In this document: positions 58,810 to 64,000 of the stretch, one piece after another
Layout of the letters: each line of letters opens with the position of its first letter
How positions within the stretch are numbered: position 1 is the first letter of the stretch
Origin: Minutocellus sp. GHC0000111
Taxonomy: Eukaryota
Assembly: GCA_977018835.1 (NCBI GenBank)
Contig: OZ361256.1
Location: forward strand, 7,192,001 to 7,256,000
Direction of reading: 5' to 3'
DNA length: 64,000 nt
Position numbers and translations under genes: made by a program
The notes under the pieces: model-generated
Told to the model about the DNA's origin: nothing
The model's database searches: none
The model's input: only the letters and a program-made list of their open reading frames with translations

Positions 58810-61233
58810 TTAGTAGCCAAAGGCCTTGCCGCCCTTTCGCGGATCGCTCACCGCCGTGATGAGCCCGGTCTCGGGATCCACACTCACTGCTTGAGAGGTA
58901 CCTGTGTTGGGAACAGGAGCAAGCTGGTGGTTTCTGCTCCGAAGGGCATCCTTGGTTCGATTGGACAATTCAATCGTTGGTCCTTGGATGAGCTGAGCAT
59001 GATCAAATAAAGTAACACTATGTCCCTTGAACAAAAGCTGATCATGAACACGTGGAGCAATGATAGATTCCCAGAGTGGCATGCCCTCAAGGATGTGGTG
59101 GACAAAGACTTGAAGGGTTGCCGTGGGGATCTTCGGCCCACCACTCGCCCCAAAAGCAAGGACGAGACGACCAAGGTGGTGCTCGTCGGTGGAATCTTTC
59201 TGAGGTCGGAAGACAAATGTAGGCGAAATGGAAGAGAGAGGCTTCTTGCCCGGGGCAATGTAGTTGCTCTCACTTGGCTCGACGCCGTAATGATTCGGCC
59301 CTCCAGGGCTACTGAAATCATCCATCTGCGAGTTGAGAATGATGCCGGTTGAAGGTGAAACGATGCCGCTGCCAAAGTACGTGTTGATAGTGGCAGTCAT
59401 ACTGACAGCATTTCCGTCCTTGTCGACGATCGAGATATGGGTCGTTCCATGGTCGTTCAAATATTGCCAACCACGCAAGTCGCGGTGGTTTTGACTGGAT
59501 GCTCCAAGTCTTCGTCGGCGATTGTCGTGGCCCTCTTCCGTTACCTCTGCTCGGCCCTTGGCAACGTCATCATCGGTAAGGAGACCCCACTTGGATCCTC
59601 CGTATTTATTCATGGACAAAACATCGTCGTCCAGTGTAGCCTCACGCATTCGCTCCATGAAGTCACCAGACATGAGATGTACTGCAGCCTTGGTCTGGTT
59701 GTAATAGAATTCAGGATCGGATAGGCTCATGCGAATAGAGTAGGCATGTTTGAGACCCTCTACCATTCGATGAACCGAGAGGCTCTCCTTGAATGTCGAG
59801 AATGGCTCTTGATATCCCGATAGGAAGCGCGCCGCTCCAATTACAACTGCGCCACCGAAGGAAGGAGGTGGTGCGCCGACCATTGTGAATCCCTTGACTT
59901 CGCCAGGCTTGGTAACGAGAGGATCGTACATGTTGGCCTTGTAGCTGACCATATCCTCGGGAGTAAAGATTCCTCCAACAGCTTGGATGTCCTCTGCCAT
60001 CTTGCGTCCGAGCTCACCGGTGTAGAGAACATCAGCTCCCTCCTCCATGACACGCTCCAAAGTCTTGGCAAGGGGCAGGGTTGGTTAGAATATCGCCCTC
60101 TTGAAGAAGAGTCTCGCCGTCGTGATTTTTGGTTAGGAGCTTGGCGATGTGTTCGTGCTTGAAGATCTTTGTCTTGCTGCTCTTGAGGTTGATAGCGTGT
60201 GCGAGATAGCCATCAACAACAACGCCATCTCTGGCGAGTTTCATGGCAGGCTCAACGAGGGTAGAAAACGGAAGACGACCATTGCGCGAATGCATCAAAC
60301 TGAGTCCTTTGAGCAGGCCGGGTACGGCCATTGCCTTTCCACCGTTCCAAGATGCCTATATATATATGTAATTATTGAGAAATGTAAAAATATGCAAGTT
60401 AGATATGCATGGTAGTTGGTTTTGGAACATATATACGAAGCATGTGCATCGCCATGATCCGATAACTTTAGAAAAACTTTTCTGCGATACCCTCCTAATA
60501 AATACGATAGAGAAATAATATATGCGCTCACATAACTTACATAGTGGTCATTCTCGAACATATCCCAGGTGGCGGCGGCAGGAGCAACTTCTCTACAGTC
60601 GATAAATTCAGTCACTTTGCCTTCGAAGTCGTCGCCGTAAGGATTCTCTCGGCGGTCGTTGAATTCATCTCCAAAGCGAATAACATCATTGTCGACGTGA
60701 GTGAGGATAAAGGCTCCACCACCGAGACCACTCGCCGCGGGATTGACAACTCCCAAGCACAATGCCGTGGCGACTGCCGAATCGATGGCATTGCCACCTA
60801 GGTCCTTGAGGATAGCGAGGCCAATCTCGCTGCATCGGGCATCGTCGGCAGCCACGGCTCCATTCTCAACATCTTCGACGGCAGAGCTTTCCTTGAGGAG
60901 CTGGATGGGATCCACGTCGGGACAGCTGAAGGAATCGACGACTTGAACGGCTGGGGCAAATTTGGGTCCGTACGATGGCCAGTCAAATAGGGGCGCATGG
61001 GTCGTGGAGATGACAATCGCTACAAGTGATATCGTGTATATCACCCCGAGGATGATGTAGGTCTGGCGACGAGATCTGCGCTCGGAGTCGTCGGCATCAT
61101 TGGTGCTCTGCCAATTCTTCTTGTTGGAATGATCGTCATTGACGAGTCGTTGCTCTTCCGCCGAGGAGGTTTCGATGGAATCGTAGCGATGCTGTTGCTG
61201 GTAGCTACTGGCGACTTGCTCGTGAGGTGGCAT
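58810..61233 (-). pseudogene. GGT: Gamma-glutamyltranspeptidase, type II membrane, 2 exons (intron 60540-60356), one frameshift
   Basis: GGNAIDSAVATALCLGVVNPAASGLGGG, IDCREVAP, AVPG, catalytic HGTTHISIVD, PLSSISP, GASGG and SDPRKGG. Extra base near 60075. Confidence 0.9.
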
Positions 61234-61389
61234 GGTGAATCAATATATCGAAGTTATGAAGCGAACAAACTGCCAATTAATGAATGGTGCAAATACCAAC
61301 GGCAATGGTGAATCAATATATCGCAGTTATGAAGTGAACAAACTGCCAATTAATGAATGGTGCAAATAAAGTATGCAAATACCAACGGC
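61232..61389. repeat. Imperfect 73-bp tandem duplication immediately upstream of the GGT start
   Basis: ATGGTGAATCAATATATCG..AAACTGCCAATTAATGAATGGTGCAAATA at 61232 and 61305. Confidence 0.9.
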
Positions 61390-61674
61390 GGCCGCTGGTG
61401 ATTCGCCAGGTCGAATCCTGGTCGCATCTTCATCCGTCGATCGTGCGGTCCCTCATGCAATTACACCAATTTTGGCCACCTCACCGTCACCTCAGACGGA
61501 GTCAGACAGTCAGACGGACAGGCGGTTACAGATCTGACACATGAAAAATATAATGTAAGAAATTTCAACGAGAGCCACTTCGCCGGCTCGCCGGCGACAC
61601 TTCGCCGCCGGCGCTTCTTGACCTGCGCTGCTTTGCCACTCCGCAGTACCTAGGCCTACGTAGCTCTGTAATAC

Positions 61675-63756
61675 CAGACGTTCGAACATGAAAACATGAA
61701 AATTTCATGCTGACACAATACTAATTCCTACGTAGATTCTACGAGCATGAAATTTAGCATGAAATTTTTTTTCATCTCTCTCACATCATGTGTTTATCCC
61801 ATCGGCAAGCACCCTCTTGAGCGTATCTACGGCAAGAGGATCGAGGAACATGTCTGCTTTGCCTATTTTTTGGTTCCGTGCGTTTTGAAGTGGCTGGCGA
61901 GAGCGTCGACTGCCTGGAACAAGGGCAAGTTCGATGCGTCCAGCGGAAAGAAAACCGGAACGAAGCAGCACTTGCGGCTCCTCAGAAGCCAAGAGTTGGA
62001 ATGCATCAGCGGCCCACCAGGGACCACTTGGCGAGTTGTGGACGATTGATCTTGCACAATAATCGTCGGGAGAATAACGCGATGGAATCGATGGCCTCCA
62101 CCGAGTAATGGCCGCCACCAGACCCAACATGCGGATGGAGGAACACCGATAGCGAGGGCAATGCCGGAAGCAGCACCGGCACTACCGATACCGACGGCGA
62201 TTCGTGGTTTTGGCGTTGGGGCGCACGTTGTTGTCTAGGGGGCGGCACTCGACAACTCCGCACTCGACAACTCCGAGTCACCGTGGTGCGGAAGCACTTG
62301 TGCTAGCGCAGATGAAGTTGTAAATATTGAGTGCATGTACAGGCCGTTGACGAGCTGAGGAGGAGGAAGAGACCGGAGGAGTAGCCGAGCATTCTTCGAT
62401 GGAATTGGCGGAACACAAAAACATGCGGGGATGCCACTATCTTGTGCAATATTTAGCGGTGTGTATTTGCTGTCGAAGAGTTGGCGGTGTTATCAAAAGG
62501 ACTATCATCTTGAAATAGTTCTTGTTGTAATTTTATGTCTAGGTGTATTATGTACTAGTAGCTAGTATTGCGTAGCCCACTCTTTTGCTGACTTGTAATA
62601 AGTATAGTATATATATATATATGCATATATAAATTTAAAACCTTGTAAGCACCATCCATGTTACAGTCTCCTCTTTTTGGTTGACGGATAGTGTCCACAC
62701 AATTTGCGACCCGGATGGCACCGTGCAATTGGATCGCTTCCATTTAGGTGCTCCTCGATGCAGGTCATTTCCCTACCATTACTATCCGAGTGACGATCAA
62801 TGCGACTGATAGGAGTTCGGCATTCTTTGAAACAAAAGACAGTTCGATGGTACCGATTGGCTCCATGCGAGCTCGTAGCACATTTCTTGCAAAACTAGCA
62901 GCTGTCGTTCAGCGGAACTTTCTGCTTGCCCGTCCTTTTCTCGGTCGTCAGTGGCTTCCCTGTAGTGAATGCCGTCATCGGTAGTCTAAGCCCATCTTGG
63001 TTTATTTGGTTGAATTGCATGGGGACATCTGAAGGGCGCGATTTGGGACGGGAGCGGGGTTTTGGCGGTCGTCCTTTCTTCCAGCTCGTTTTGTCTCATC
63101 GTCATCACCCTCGGCCGCAGTGGCCGCAGCGGCCGCATCGTCGGCGGCGGAAACATCGGCGGGCCGATGAACAAGGTTGCTGCGCCGACGTGGCTTGCCC
63201 GTTGACTTTGGCAACCGGACTGACATCCTCTTGGGCTGGTGATTGCTGACGGCGGTACTTATCGGACGTTGCACCGGTTGGAGTGGCGGCGGCAGCGGGT
63301 GAGGGAGTAACGGTGGGATGCGGCCGACGCTGGTGCTGATGAAGACGCTGCAGCGGCGGCGGCGCGAGTTCGGCCGAGCGCCGCAGGAGAGTCCTCCATG
63401 GCACATGCAAGATGCTTCTCTTACATGCTCATTGTTGCTTGGAAAAAGCGAGGGGTGCGCATGGCCGGCGGCATTGGGACGGTCGGCTCATCTTCAATTT
63501 TTGAGGAGGAAAAAAATGACGAAACGACGAAACGGCCAAAAATTAGGTTGACTTGGACGATGAAAACCGGAGCTTCGGATACCTTTCGGGCATCTTTCTT
63601 GCTACTAACTACTACCGAATGAAAGATAGAGAGACTACAAACACTCTGTTCATTCGAATTTACGCTGTGCGATGCATGATATTGATCTGGGTAACGGTGA
63701 CTTTCAGCATGAAATTTGGCATGAAATTTCCGGGTTTTTTCATGTTCGAACGTCTG
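61675..63756. mobile_element. 2.08-kb non-autonomous TIR element with degenerate internal coding remnants
   Basis: 20-bp perfect TIR CAGACGTTCGAACATGAAAA and subterminal GCATGAAATTT repeats at both ends. No TSD seen. Confidence 0.75.
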
Positions 63757-63852
63757 ACCACTAGTAGGTAACTCAGTGAGTGGTTGGGATTGATTGACCG
63801 AATACAGCTCCGAATACGTTTGTACCCGTCAAGCTATCGCAGCAATAAGAGC

Positions 63853-64000
63853 ATGTCCCAGCAGCAGCAATTCCGATCGTATCAGCAGCAATCGAGTGAT
63901 CCCACGTCGGGTGGCGGGGTCCCGCCTGCTGATGCGGAGAGCCAGCCACTGACGTCGACCACCACTTCTCCGGTTCGACGCAACATATCCAACCTGTCCC
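63853..64000 (+). CDS. 5' end of a gene running off the window
   Basis: ATG 63853 (MSQQQQFRSYQQQ..DAESQPL), open to the window end. Confidence 0.45.
   Translation, partial: MSQQQQFRSYQQQSSDPTSGGGVPPADAESQPLTSTTTSPVRRNISNLS

Noticed and set aside
61406..61422. tRNA T-arm-like hairpin CCAGGTCGAATCCTGG
   Set aside because: No acceptor stem, D arm or anticodon arm can be built around it.

Overview
Eukaryotic nuclear DNA, most likely a diatom (inference from short GT-AG introns, bipartite signal/ASAF-like presequences, RxL pro-peptide motifs and an Ambal-type LINE). The window holds about 26 gene loci: trafficking genes (RINT1/Tip20-like, AP-2 alpha, COPI-associated), PSMD5, SNIP1, TMEM163, LETM1-like, a carotenoid oxygenase, a GGT, an NB-ARC-TPR gene, an opine dehydrogenase head-to-head with a DadA-like flavoprotein, and a head-to-head pair of secreted Cys-rich paralogs. 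Mobile DNA comprises an 8.2 kb 5'-truncated Ambal-like LINE with a perfect 16-bp target-site duplication and three non-autonomous inverted-repeat elements. About half of the loci carry in-frame nonsense codons, frameshifts or gene-fusing deletions, suggesting a decaying duplicate or haplotype, though assembly error is not excluded. All family assignments come from motif recognition by eye; no database search was run.
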